Origin: Toensbergia leucococca
Taxonomy: Eukaryota
DNA length: 64,000 bases
Direction: 5' to 3'
Assembly: GCA_022813965.1 (NCBI GenBank)
Contig: JALDZS010000017.1
Coordinates: 62,001-126,000 of the forward strand
This document shows positions 36,474 through 49,696 of this stretch, in pieces; the first letter of the stretch is position 1; each line of letters opens with the position of its first letter. The notes beneath the pieces are model-generated. The model was given only the letters and a program-made list of their open reading frames with translations, had not been told where the DNA came from and made no database searches. A program made the position numbers and the translations under genes.

Positions 36474-38174
36474 TTTAGTTTTCTCTTCCATCGGCGATCT
36501 TCTCCCGCGATGCGAACCTCTTTTACGAAAAGTTGGTACGGTTTCCAATTCAGCCTGTTTGACACTACGCGCTTGATTCTGGATGAAAGGAGGGTCCACT
36601 CGGTCAGACTTTTAATAGAGTGTTCGGCGTTCCGGGCGGACGAAGAATGATCCCTGCTTAATGCTAAGGACTTGAAAAGCTTGGGGATTAGACTTCTGGA
36701 GCTGGGGGCATTTCAGGGTATTGGGCCGGCAAAAGCTTTTCACAATGCTATTGACATGACGATAATTTTAGATAGACTGATCAAATGACACGCTCTACTT
36801 TTCACCTCGCGTTTCCCAGACACCAGGAACAGAGTCGCGTTGCAGCCAGGGCTCTGGACGTTTTGTACCTTCCACTGGCATCATTGAAGCGCTAGAGGAT
36901 GCAAGATTACTAGGGCAAGCACAGACCTTCTCTCATATTTATACGAAGCCTCAAACCCATGCAGCGATAGCGGCACCTAAGATGCCGTGCATGAGCATTT
37001 GCGCCATCGCCAATCGTATTACCCCGCGGCTGACTGAGGTGGGGATCAGGTTTGAGAGGGAAACAGGGTTGAGCAGATACCACATGGTGCGGGCATCTGG
37101 TACCTATCGCGACATATCACATGCAACACGAACCCACACAATATTTAACTCTGCCAGGACCGTCGTCTTATCTCTCAACAACAATCAGCCACGGCGGTGG
37201 AACGCGCAGGAAGGTACGAACTGCCAATATGTACCCCGACGCTACCACCTCGGCAAGACTGAAAACATCGAACAACATCGACACGATAGCTGTCCATCGT
37301 GAAGCTCCTGATCTTTACCCCGCAGTATCACTAGCCCATCAGCGTGCTTGGTCTTCATTGACAGCAACTACTACGCCACCATCGAAATTCCTTGGCTTGT
37401 TATGTTAATGGCCGTGTTCGTGGGCAGGCAACACCTTCCAGCCGAAGTTTTGTTTGCCGCTGATGACTGGGATGTGGGGGTCTAGATGCTGCTTATTCTA
37501 CGCTGGCTTATTACATCACGGGGGCTTGCAAGTTTAACTTTATCGTGGCAGTATTCGTAGTACAAATACAGGCTCCAGCAAGTATGAGTGGAACATTCCT
37601 CGATTCGCTGCATTTGATAGTCGGCGGGTAGGGAAGGTTGTCCATAACAATGTCTATGCTTTCTCTACTAGATTTTCTTAACAGTGATACCGGAAGGGTC
37701 ATTGCATGGATCATGGTATGTTGGATCAACTAAGTCTCTCTATCATGTCTACTCGTACATAATCCAAAGGAGTCAAACCCTACGAAGGATGATATTCAGG
37801 GGAGGGGAGATAGAGACACGCCAGAACAACCTAAAATACTTCTATTCTAAAGGGCAAATCTCGCTTAGTCAGCCAAATCGGCTTGTCAGACCGCCTTCAA
37901 TGTGGCGTAGCAAGGTCTTTTTATTGTGTCGCTCCGTTTCAAATTGGCACTTCTATCGTCGGTAGCAGGATTCAACACAGCATATTTCCTTATAAGAATG
38001 ATTTCCTCCTCTTCCAGCTGCTGAATGTTAATAATCACGAGCCATCTTTGTCCCTGTGTACGCTACCTGGAAGATTTGAGAATATCTACGCACATAAGCT
38101 AGAGTCTCTTTCCCTCATCATCTTAGATCTGTTCCTTTTCAAAAGTCCTCGAATCGCTGGGTGAGTGACTTATC

Positions 38175-40098
38175 ATGGCCCAACACAGGTCTCTATCTCA
38201 GCCAGGCTACTATGGCTACCCCGAAGCTACCGAGGGACCCAAAACGCCTTTTCCTGATGCGCCAAAGAAAAATCCAGTGCTGCGAGGCATGCCTCTGGTC
38301 GTAGCGGCTTCTACGTGCGTTTACACATGCTAGAAGACCTGTGACTGTGCTTATACGTTGAAGTGTTGCCTCGTTCAATTTGCTTTCTAGCTATTTCTGG
38401 ACCAATGCTGGTTTTGGTAGTCTCCGGAAAATCAAGAAGCTTGATGACTTCGAACCTCGATATGATCCAACTGTTATTCCCATATCGAACGAGTCTAAGC
38501 CTGAGCTGCCCGATTCTAGTCTGCAGCAGCTAGATCGTCTGGCTCAAGGTGGTGGAGAAGGCAATGTGGACCGTCAATACAGTATAGCAGACTATCATAC
38601 AGCGTATAGAGCAGGTAAAGTTACTCCAAGTACGGTCGCCAGAGCTCTGTTGGATCTCATATCAACTTCGGATCACGGCGTAGCGTTTTTGACTGTTAGG
38701 AAACAACAAGCTCTCGCTGAAGCCGAGCAATCGACTGTAAGATACAAAGAAGGTAAACCCTTGGGTGTCCTCGATGGAGTACCTGTAGCGGTCAAGGATG
38801 AAGTGGATTTGGATGGATGTGAGAAATCTTTAGGATCTGCCAGAAGCTTTACTCGTATAGGTGGGGGTACGAGCTGGTGCGTCCAAAAATGGAAGGAAGC
38901 CGGTGCGATTATCATTGGGAAGACTAACATGCATGAGCTCGGTCTAGGTATGCTCCCTTCAACAATCGTAGAATCAGAAGTCAACTATATCATTCAGGGA
39001 AAGCTACTCCATCTGGCACAAGTTAATAAGTATATAGACACAACAAACAATAACCCAATCAAAGGCACACCTTTGAACCCACACAACTCCCATTACTATA
39101 CCGGTGGCTCTTCTGGTGGCTCAGCTTACGCTGTCAGCGCTGGTCTAGTCCCAATTGCCCTCGGCGCTGACGGAGGGGGTTCAATCCGTATCCCCTCGGC
39201 CTATTGTGGACTTTATGGCCTCAAGCCTAGCCATGGTCGAGTTTCAGGTTCGCCAACCCTCAGTCTTGCTTCTACGTGTGGTGTTCTTGGTCCGCACGCC
39301 TCGAATCTGAATGATCTCGAAATCGCCTACCATATCATGGCTACTGCTGATCCAAACAATCCTTCATCTTCTTTTTTCTCCTCCTCAATTCCCTCTTCGC
39401 CTTCCAGATCACCTCCGAAGCTTCTCGGACTGTTTAAGAGCTGGTTCGATCATGCCGACCCACCGGTGCACAAAGCCTGTGAAGCCGCTCTTTCCCATTA
39501 CCAGAGTGCTGGCTACACCATTGTCGACATAGACATCCCTTACATCTCCGAAGGCCAACTAGCCCATGCAATAACTATCCTTGCGGAGATAAGTGGCGGC
39601 ATCCACGATTTGACCGGTCTCACCCCAGCAAACAAAATTACCCTCTCCGTCGGTAAACAAACCCCAGCTTCGGACTTCCTTCTTGCCCAGAAGATGCGAC
39701 AGCTACTAATGCAACATCTTGCTTTCTTGTTTCGCAGTCATCCAGGTCTGATCATTGTGACACCTACTACTCCTAATGCAGGATGGCATATCTCTGGCGG
39801 GCAAGGAGATTTGAAACACGGTATTAGCGACGCCAACATGAGTGTCAGGAGCATGGAGTACGTATGGCTGGCAAATTTCTCTGGCTGTCCGGCCTTGAGC
39901 ATCCCGGTTGGGACTGCAGAGCCAAAGGATGGACAAGGCAGAGTTCCGATCGGGTTGATGGGAATGGGAGAATGGGGCGCAGAGGAGGAATTGTTGAAAT
40001 GGGGGAGAATCGGCGAGCAATGGAATGTGGAAAAGGGTGATGGGAAAGTGGGGAGGCCGCAGAATTGGGTTGATGTGATGGGTTTGACCGGGTTGTGA
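38175..40098 (+). CDS. Amidase-signature family protein (GatA/FAAH-like), multi-exon
   Basis: DGVPVAVKD (catalytic Lys), GKTNMHELG, TGGSSGGS, GADGGGSIRIPS, LKPSHGR. First exon starts at ATG 38175. Confidence 0.92.
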
Positions 40099-40586
40099 AA
40101 GTGGGGCGTATCCTTGCGATGAACAGTGTGCCATACAGGAGTTATGATTAGGGAATTTGGCCGCTGGAGAAACCCCTTTAACGGGATATATAGACTACTG
40201 GAGCCAATATTGCAGCCAAATTTCGAAATGAACACAAATCTTGATATCTCATTTTAACAGAGAACATTTGGACAGGGAATGGTCTTTGAAATAGCCTTGA
40301 TATAACATACAAGAGAAGTAGGTGTCAACGCAATGGAAGATTCGAAGCTTTCCGAGTTGCCCTTCCTCCTTCTAAGTGCGTCGCTCATTTGGGTTTAGCG
40401 AGTATCTCATCATTTTCTAAATCCGTCATGCTCGGAGATCAGCATCCCCTTCTCCAAAGAAAAGCTCACAGCTGTGATGTCTCATTGTCAATGCTAACAT
40501 ACGCTCGTAGCTCATTGCTTCCTGGTAGCATTGGGATATCCAATGTCAGTCTAAGTTAGGGAGTCATCCCTTTGAGGAGACTCGAC

Positions 40587-42522
40587 ATGTCTGCTCCGCA
40601 TCTCTGTTTGTCTTTGGCCCGACGAGCTTTTTCGAAGCAGGCACCCCGAACTCCGCAATGCCTTCATAAGCTTTCTAGAAGCCACAAACGACCACTACAC
40701 ATATCTCGATCGCTGAAAGCCGAGGAAAAGTCTTTCAAAGGACAGTTGTACGAAAGTACTGCTCTGAGGCTTCAACGCGAACGTGCAGAGCAGGCACGTT
40801 TTGCCAAAGCTAGAGGCGAAAGCAGCCGAGGCCGAAATGCCGCCGTTACTTTTGGTTTGCCTCCACAAATCATGGGTAGAGAGGTAGAAGCAATTGCTTA
40901 TATCAGTAGTCATCTTTGCTTCGTCCGCGACCTGTTACTTTTTGGGTTCCATGAACCCTGCCGCTCCATCCACGCACTCTACGATTCCTCTATCGACTAC
41001 GACTCCCCCAAAACACAATGTTTCGCAATCCAACCTACAAGCGGCATGGGCAGATTTCGTATCTATTGTCGGCGAGGAGAGTGTCTCGACACAGGAGGGC
41101 GACCTCCAATACCATTCTGGGTCGGAGTGGTCTTCATATACTACGAAAGACACCGAGCGGCCTTTTCTTATTGTGTTTCCGTCAACGACCGAACAAGTCA
41201 GCAAGATTGTCAAAATATGTCATGAGAGGAGGATACCAATCACGGCATATTCTGGAGGTACGAGCCTAGAGGGGCATTTCTCAGCAACTAGAGGTGGCAT
41301 CTGTATAGATTTTGGTAAAATGGATAAGATACTTAAGCTGCACAAAGAGGACTTGGACGTCGTAGTTCAACCTGCGGTAGGATGGCAGAGTCTCAATGAA
41401 AAGCTGGAACAGGATGGTCTATTCTTTCCTCCTGATCCTGGGCCTGGTGCAATGATCGGTGGTATGGTCAGCACCGGCTGTTCTGGAACCAATGCCTATC
41501 GCTACGGCACTATGAAGGACTGGGTGCTTAGCTTGACAGTGGTGCTGGCAGATGGGACGGTCATAAGAACCAGGCAAAGACCCCGCAAGAGCAGCGCAGG
41601 CTACGACCTTACACGAATGTTCGTAGGGAGTGAAGGTACACTCGGCCTAGTCACCGAAGCCACTTTGAAGCTCACCGTCAAACCAAAAAGCGAAAGCGTC
41701 GCCGTAACCTCTTTCCCGACTATCAAAAACGCCGCCGAATGCGTCAGGCAGGTCGTAGGCGAAGGTGTCCCCATCGCCGCAGTCGAGATCCTGGACGACG
41801 TCCAAATGCGTTGCATCAACGAAAGCGGCTCTACAACCCGTACCTGGAAGGAAGCTCCAACCCTCTTCTTCAAATTCAGCGGCACCCCTTCGGCAGTAAA
41901 AGAGCAAATCGCTTTGGTCAAGAAAGTCGCAAAAGCGAAAGGCAGCCAAGCCTTTGACTTTGCCAAGAATGCCGACGAGGCTGCGGAGCTGTGGAGTGCC
42001 CGCAAAGACGCCCTATGGAGCGTTATGGCCAAGCGAAGGGATGACAATGATCATGTCTGGACGACCGACGTTGCTGTGCCCATCAGTAGGCTTCCGGATA
42101 TCATCGAGCTGATCAAGGAGGATATGAGTAGCAGTGGCTTGCTGGGCGCTATAGTTGGCCATGTCGGCGATGGCAACTTTCATTCTATTCTATTGTTCAA
42201 TGAGAAGGAGAGAGGGATTGCTGAGGGGGTCGTGCATCGCATGGTCAAGCGCGCGGTGGAGATGGAGGGAACTGTCACGGGCGAACATGGCATTGGCATG
42301 ATTAAGAGGGATTATCTCGCGCATGAGATTGGGGAGGAGGCCGTAGATGCCATGCGAAAGGTCAGTTTTCCCTAACCCGAACCGTATTCATTTAGAGCAT
42401 CATACTCATCGTTTTTTCCCTGCCCGTAGCTCAAACTTGCCTTTGACCCGCTCTGCATTTTCAACTGCGATAAGGTCGTCCGAGTGGAGAGACCCAAAGC
42501 CGGCGAATTGCAGGCTTGGTGA
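40587..42522 (+). CDS. DLD1: Mitochondrial D-lactate dehydrogenase (cytochrome), FAD-linked oxidase
   Basis: Presequence, YSGGTSLEGH, FFPPDPGPGAMIGGM, RKSSAGYDLT, GSEGTLG, GHVGDGNFH, TGEHGIG; last exon LKLAFDP...AW* ends at 42522. Confidence 0.95.
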
Positions 42523-43159
42523 TGGCCTTTGAGGGAGTGGTATTGTCTAGTGGTCGATCTACATACCTATCTGAATCGAACTAGTGATTTGAGTGCGTCC
42601 TGTGTCCGGTGCGGTGCGTCCTGTGTATGCGGTCGGTGCCTTTGACTGATAAGTAGAATAAAAACGCAGTCAATTATTATTCCTCCGACACCCACCTTCC
42701 TTCTCCACCACAAATTCCCCCTTCTTCATACTCTCACCTCTCTTCTCACACTACTCACACACTCCAGTCCAAACCGATCCCCCCTTCTCAGCATCTGAAG
42801 CTGTGACAACATTTCTTTTTTTTTGGGGTGTAGCTGAGAGGGTCCCTGAAGCTGGCGATATGTTTTGCCTTGAAAGATTAGGAAGGCTCCTTTGTTTTTT
42901 CTGTGCGCTGGTTGATGCATGCGAGCTGGATTGTTAGTTTTTTCAAGGAAGGGGGGAGAGATTGGTGAGGAGAAGGGGTTTGGGGATGGAGTGATGGTGT
43001 TGAGATGTGGTGTGTTTAGATTGGACACCGAAAACAAGAAACGTCATGGAAACGAAGGTTGTTCTTATTTTGATCATGTTCGATTTTGGTGAGATATGGG
43101 GTTCGGGTGGCAAGGTATTGGTTTAAACCCGCCCCTCCTTTTGCCCAAAAGAATAAACG

Positions 43160-43176
43160 GATAATATATACTACAA
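43160..43176 (+). repeat. Left target-site duplication GATAATATATACTACAA
   Basis: Identical 17-mer at 49545-49561. Confidence 0.92.
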
Positions 43177-46100
43177 CCTGGGGGAGGACGGGGACGGTGA
43201 TACAGTTGAGAAGTATCTAATGCTCTCTACAACTGCAGTGTGTTGCTGATATCACAGACAATGATAGCTGATCACCGTCCCCTTACCTTCTGAGAACCTG
43301 AATGAGCGTCATCATTCAGACCTTCAAGCATACATACAGCGCCTTATTGAGGTGACTTGAACGGGTTCTATTATCTCTGAAGTGCTGAACAGTTCACTCA
43401 TAGAGGTGAAAGGTCACATCAGAAGGGAAGTGAATAATTGTGTACTGACAAACTTTACTAAAGACTCTCTTTCTCTGAACCTCACTGTTATTATCATTAA
43501 TTTCACAGTATAGAGACTCTCATGATCTCTATTACTGTCATGTTCAAATGTGAAACCCTCTATTATCTTTAATTTCACATGTCTGAGAAATTAAATGATT
43601 GACAGTGAGGGAGGCTGAGAAGTGATGAGATAGTGAGTCAATCAAAGAAAGTCTTTAAAGAAAAAATCACAGATCTGACAGAGACTGCTAACTAATATAA
43701 GTCAGAAAACCTTCAAAAATCAATAAAAGTATAACATAAGATCAAAACTTCTGCTCACTGAAACTGTGTAAACATTCTTGACATTATGAGTGACAAATTC
43801 AAAGATAACATCTGAGAGCAGGGTGTTAGCACATCTGATAGATTAGTAATAAATAATCAGTGACTGATTTTGAAGTCCCAAAGTAGTAAATATAAACTGA
43901 AGACAGTGATAAATTAAAGAAGTAATAATAACACTGACTTAAGTTTATTTACAGAGTCTTAGATAACTATTTAAACAAAGACTGCATCTAAACTAAACTG
44001 AGCAGATAACACTGAAGAGTTAACAGATATATTGACAAAGAAGACTCACTAAAAGGAATGAAAGAAGACAAAAATGACAGAGATAATAGAAGAAAAGAAA
44101 GCAAAGATGATCACTGATGAGAAGGTCAAAGTGATAATAGAGAATTCTTCAAAGATTGAAGTTCTCACTTAGTCTGATAAACTCATCTGACTCATCTCTT
44201 TTACCTCTCTTAAGATAAGTAACTACATGTCACAGAAAGAATAAAAGGCAATTAAAAGAGTCTGAGTAAACAGTCAGACCTCATCAAGCAAATTACTCAC
44301 AAAGAAATCATGAGAAAGTAAAAAGAAAGAGATATTAAATCTTGCTAAGAAGCTTGTTAAATTTATCATTTATAAATTCTTCTTAGTAACATTGAGTACA
44401 GACAAGCTGAGACAGCTGAAGAAGTCTTTAGCATTAAAAGTAAAGACTCATCTGATTAAACAGAAGGTAAAAGACTCAGAGAGAACATCAGTGAAGTACT
44501 CAGAATATGCTAATGAGAAACACTTGTACATAAAGTTACTAATGAAGCTTCATAGCCCTAAAAAAGTTAACATGTCTGATGTGATAAATGTTCTCATTGA
44601 TCATTAGATATTGCAACACATGTCTTATGTTTATCTGCATGATAACAAGAGATAAATAATAATCTGTTTTACAATAAAGGTTGTGAAGAATGCTGTCAGC
44701 AAGCATTTAACAATCTTAGAATATAATCTCTCTGTTGTGTTATATTAAACTGAAGAATTACAAATCTTTATTGTCAATCATCTCAATCATAACTCATCTG
44801 AATAAGTTATCTGTGAAATTGTTAGTATTAAGTAGATAAGAGAGAAAGAGCTACTCTTTTAACTGAGATATTAAGAGTATTGAGAATCATGAGGTGAAAT
44901 CAAGATAATAACTTTCAAAGTTTTATCCGACTTCTATATAATAAATGTGCCTCTGAGAAAATTATTCTTCAGACATATCACTGCATTTAAGGTGAAGTTT
45001 AAGGCAGTAAGCTTAGTTAGTAAAGTTTGTAAGAACTGTAAATTCTTACAGAATTATAAGATTCTGACTTGCTCTTAGCTAAAGAGAGCATACTTTAAGA
45101 ATCAGTTCAGCATGAGTAAGTGCAGGCTATTAAAAGATCTGTCTACACAAGAAAATCTCTCTTATGTTTAGAATCTAAATAGTTACTATTAATGTGCAGT
45201 CAGTGCTAAATTCTGTCTGATTTCATGACTTGTATAACATGATTTAAAGTAATAGAATTGACATTATTTTAATTCAGAAGGCCTTTCTTAATGATGAAGC
45301 AACTATAGAGTTTGAAATATTGTTTTTATTAATTGTAATCACATTAAACAAAGGGGCCTAAAGGGAAGAAATAGTGATAATAATTAACACAAAAATTACT
45401 TAATGACTTCTGTTCTCTCAAGAAGACAGTGAATCAGACTCTCACATTCTACATAAGAATAAGAAAGAAAGACTGTTGATGTGCAGTATACAATATAATA
45501 AATAATCACTGATAATAAACAATATGTACACTCTGACTGTCTTTAAAGCAAGAACAATTTGACTCTAAAAGATGACAGATCAATTGAATGCAATTCTCTT
45601 GCTTTATCTGTGTGACATAGTCAGAGAAGACTGAAATAATATACTGTCAGAGACAGAGAGATATAATCTTTGAGAATTTACAGCAGTCAGTTACACAGAG
45701 ACACAATGTCTATTGTTTACTCTAAAAGAAAAAGAACAGAAGTTAATAGATAAATAAAGAAAATAAAATTTAGACACAATAGCATTTACCTTCTTTTAAA
45801 ATGAAAAAGAAATATCTAGACTGAACTGACTATACATTCAGTCAGAATTAATAATAAAATCTAAAGAATAAGACATTAGACTTAGTAAGCTCTAAATAGA
45901 TCATCAGATGATGATTATGTCTTTAAGACTACTAAGAAAAGACAGAGACATCAGAAGATAATGAATGAACTTAGAAATTCTAAAATTTAACAGAGTTAAA
46001 GATATATGCTTAAGTGAGATAAAGGTCTTACTAAGAGAGAATATTCTCTTTAAATAACAGATTTATAAGATCACACTAAAGCAGATACTACAGGCAGAAT

Positions 46101-49100
46101 TCAATAGAATAAAACAAAAGACTAACACCCTTTACATGATCTTAGAGGGTAGATGCAAAAAGTTATAAAAGAAACAGATATCAGGTTTTTAGAATTCAGA
46201 ATTAAATAAGAAGCTAACAGTGATAATAATGCAGAAACAATGCTTAAAGAAATGATATTATAAGAACTATTTCTATAACACTCTGATCAAACACATATTA
46301 CTGAATAAGAAGTTTATAAAGTAATTCTTCTTTAAAACAAAGTACACTTCAGATATAACTATAAAAGTGATCTAAGATAAACATAATATTCTACAGATTA
46401 TGTCTCTGAGTATTCTAAGAACAGTGACTGATTTCTATGAGAAGTTATATACTTATAAGCTGTTTAATAAGAGATCTGCTCAGAGAGTACTAAACTGTAT
46501 AAGAAGTAAAATAAGTCAGTTACAGATAAAATCACTAACATGTATAATTACAGTTAAGAAGGTCTGGTTATCAATTAAATGAGTGACTGTAAGAAAGTCA
46601 CTGAGAAATAATAAGCTTTTCTGTGAGTTTTATAAAGCTATGCTACAATACAAACAAAGATTGAATAAGAATAACACTTTAATGACAGTACTAAAACTTT
46701 AGCAACTATTTAATAAAATTTAATAAAATGAAACTGTCTTAAATAAATAAATGTTTAGAGTTTTATTTATGCTTTATAAGAGAGATGAGTGTGAGATCTT
46801 AAGAAATTACTGACCTTTATTGATAATAAACTCTGACTATAAGATATTTACAGAAATCTTGATGCAGAGGCTGATAAAGGTACTAAGTTCAGTTTTAAGA
46901 CAACAGCAATCAGCCTTTATTTTAGATCATCTTATAAATAATAATGTGTGAATCATACAGTATATAATAGTCAGACAGAGACAGAAGTCTATAGAGATCT
47001 TTGTAATTCTATTATTAAATCAAGAAAAAGTCTATAATTAAGTAAGTTATCTTTTTATGTAAGTGACATTATAGAGAATGAGCATTCTTAAGAAGTTTAT
47101 AGACTAAATCAGAGCTCTTTACAAGAACACAGATATTTAGTTAAGTATTAATAACTATTTGAGTAACAAGATTCTGATTTAATGTGATGTAAGACAAGAA
47201 GACTCCTTTAGCTGTTTACTTTTTATTGTGATAATAAAGGGCTTAACTTGTCTTATCATGCAAGATGCATAAATTCAGAGAGTAAAAATATTCAGTCAAT
47301 TAATTAAAATCACAATGTTTGCAGATAACACAATCATTATTCTTAGAAATCAAGAAGAAGCTAATACTGTAATAAAATTATTGAATATCTATAATAAGGT
47401 CTTAGACTTTAAGACTAATCTGAGCAAGTTCTTTCTTTTTCTGATAAAAGGCACTCAAATCTTAATTTCAGATATCAGAGTAATCTTATCTAAAGTTTAT
47501 TATGTTTATCTCAGAATACTGATAGAGAAAACAATCACAGATTATCTAAAGATATTTTGAGATAACATGATTATAAAGTTTTAAAAATTGCAACTTTATG
47601 ACTTTACCTTTACCTTTTATTAAGAGAATTAAGAGAATAAGTAATAATAGTTAACGCTTTAATGATGTTAATTACTCAGTATGTAATACACTTTCTGAAC
47701 ATTTTTGTGCCTATCTGTGAAGAACTAAAGAAAGAGTACTATTACTTAATATGAGATAATAAATTATCAGAGATTATTAAGAACTTACATATCTGTTGCA
47801 AATTATCAGATAAAGGTATTAAATGCTTTGACCTCAACACAATTGTAAACGCAGCAGTAATAATAGTGATGACAAGAATATTTATCACACTCAGACAATC
47901 TTGAGTTCTGCTAGCAAAAGAGATTATAATAAGCTCAGTGAGAAGATTATCAGTACTAAGAGAGGCAGTGACTTCTCTATGACTATAATGATTTGATTTC
48001 AAGCAAAATATTTCCTTTAAAATGAGATAAATCTGAAACTGATAAAGAAAAATGATCACAAATAAGAAAAATAGTTTAAGACTAATCTGAGTAATTTAAT
48101 CACAAACACTGAGAGATGCACTTAACACACATATTTGATATCACTCACAAATTGATAAGATAAGTGAGTTTGATTTAAAGAAATAAGACTCTCAGATATT
48201 AGACATACTGTAAAAGAAAGGTGTGTGAGTGCTAGAAGACATTTAAGATTCTCTCACACAGTGATCAATTCTATCTTTCAATGTTATTTTGACAGTCAAA
48301 GAAGTGAAGAGAGTCAGAAAGGTGATCAATACTCTTATTGATTCTCTATCTAAATTATGAGAATCTCTGCTAAAATGCTATATACAGTAATATAAATCAG
48401 CTCTCTTAAGAAATGAGTACTATATTAATGATCTGAAGAAAGCAACTTCTGAAACACTAACATTTAATTAAATGTACAAGCTCTTGATAAGCAAGTGACT
48501 AAAGGATGTAGATTTTAGTGACAAAATTATGAGTTCTCTGAAAGTCTATTGAGCTCAGACTGAGTTAATAGTAAACAAGAGAAAGCTATAAGAAGTCACA
48601 AAAAACTTCTTTCAGTTATTAAAGACTGAGAATCTGTTATGATAATTGTTGCATAAAAGAATACTGACAGACACTGAGTTATACTGAACAGACTGAGATC
48701 TTTAATACTGTCTCTTATATTAATGTGATCTCATCATATGACACATATAAATTAACTGTTTAGCAGCACAAGATATCTGATGAGAGATAAAGAGAATATA
48801 AATATACATAGACTTTAACTCAGTCTGAACAATAATAATATTATGCACACTGAATAAACTGATTGCTTTTATGACCTTAACTCTTATAAATCTGTGAGAA
48901 GCTAAACATCAATAATAAAAGACACTCTATCAGACAGTGATATGATGCATCTGAAAGATCTATTTATCTTACTCTTTTAGACAAGTGAACAGATATTGAG
49001 ACTTAGCAGTGACATTAAGTATGTATCATGAAGTAATAAAGTGAAGAATATTAATAAAGAGGACGTTGAGTCTATCAAAATGATATGTCAGCAAAGATTT

Positions 49101-49544
49101 TAATGAGAAAACATTTTAAGTGATCTGAGATCAGACACTGAGAAGTATACAGATTCTGAAGGGCTCAGCCTGCCTAATAAAGGTTATAAAAGAGAATGAG
49201 GTCTTCAGTGAACTGAATAGCTCAGAGGATGATCATGAGAGCTCTAAAACAGAAGATTAATAGGGTTTCCTTGAACGGAGTTCAGGGTGAAAGTAACAGA
49301 TATCATTTTGTTATAGATTTTTTTATTGTCTTTCAAGTTTATAATATAAGATGGTTGATCAGGCTGTGACCTTCTCATAAAAGGGCTGCGCGTTTGATCT
49401 GACCGATAAAGCATTGAGTAGGAGTGATCTGATTGAGTTCAACTCTCAGATACAGGTGGCTGAAAGGGTCAGTACACCTCCTCACCTTGTCTATACAGCT
49501 ATTGTTATGTAATTTAGACAGAAATCAAAAACAAGTTTCCGCCT
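43177..49544 (+). mobile_element. Apparently full-length, hypermutated (RIP-like) non-LTR retrotransposon of L1/Tx1 type
   Basis: AT-rich, stop-riddled block flanked by a 17-bp TSD. Degenerate motifs in order: ORF1 zinc knuckle C-x2-C-x5-(Y<H)-x4-C (45028-45072), APE IDIILIQ(K<E) (45257-45280), KSLRNNKLFCEFYK, NY*PLLIINSDYKIF, QQSAFI, NQEKVYN, VRQEDSFSCLLF, FADNT, and a C-terminal Cys/His relic near 48707-48760. Confidence 0.92.
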
Positions 49545-49561
49545 GATAATATATACTACAA
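49545..49561 (+). repeat. Right target-site duplication GATAATATATACTACAA
   Basis: Identical 17-mer at 43160-43176. Confidence 0.92.
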
Positions 49562-49696
49562 AAGTATGGCAAAGGTAGTAATCCTATCAAAAGAAACAGA
49601 TTTCTGTTTGCCCAAGTATGTTCCTGCTCTGGGTAAGATATAAGCAGCTCCGTCTTCCTTTTCTGTCTCTCAGCTCAACGCATAGTCCCCCAGCCC

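Noticed and set aside
42726..43037. Minus-strand ORF left of the LINE, considered as a gene disrupted by the insertion
   Set aside because: Low-complexity sequence with no motif, and no continuation on the other side of the element.
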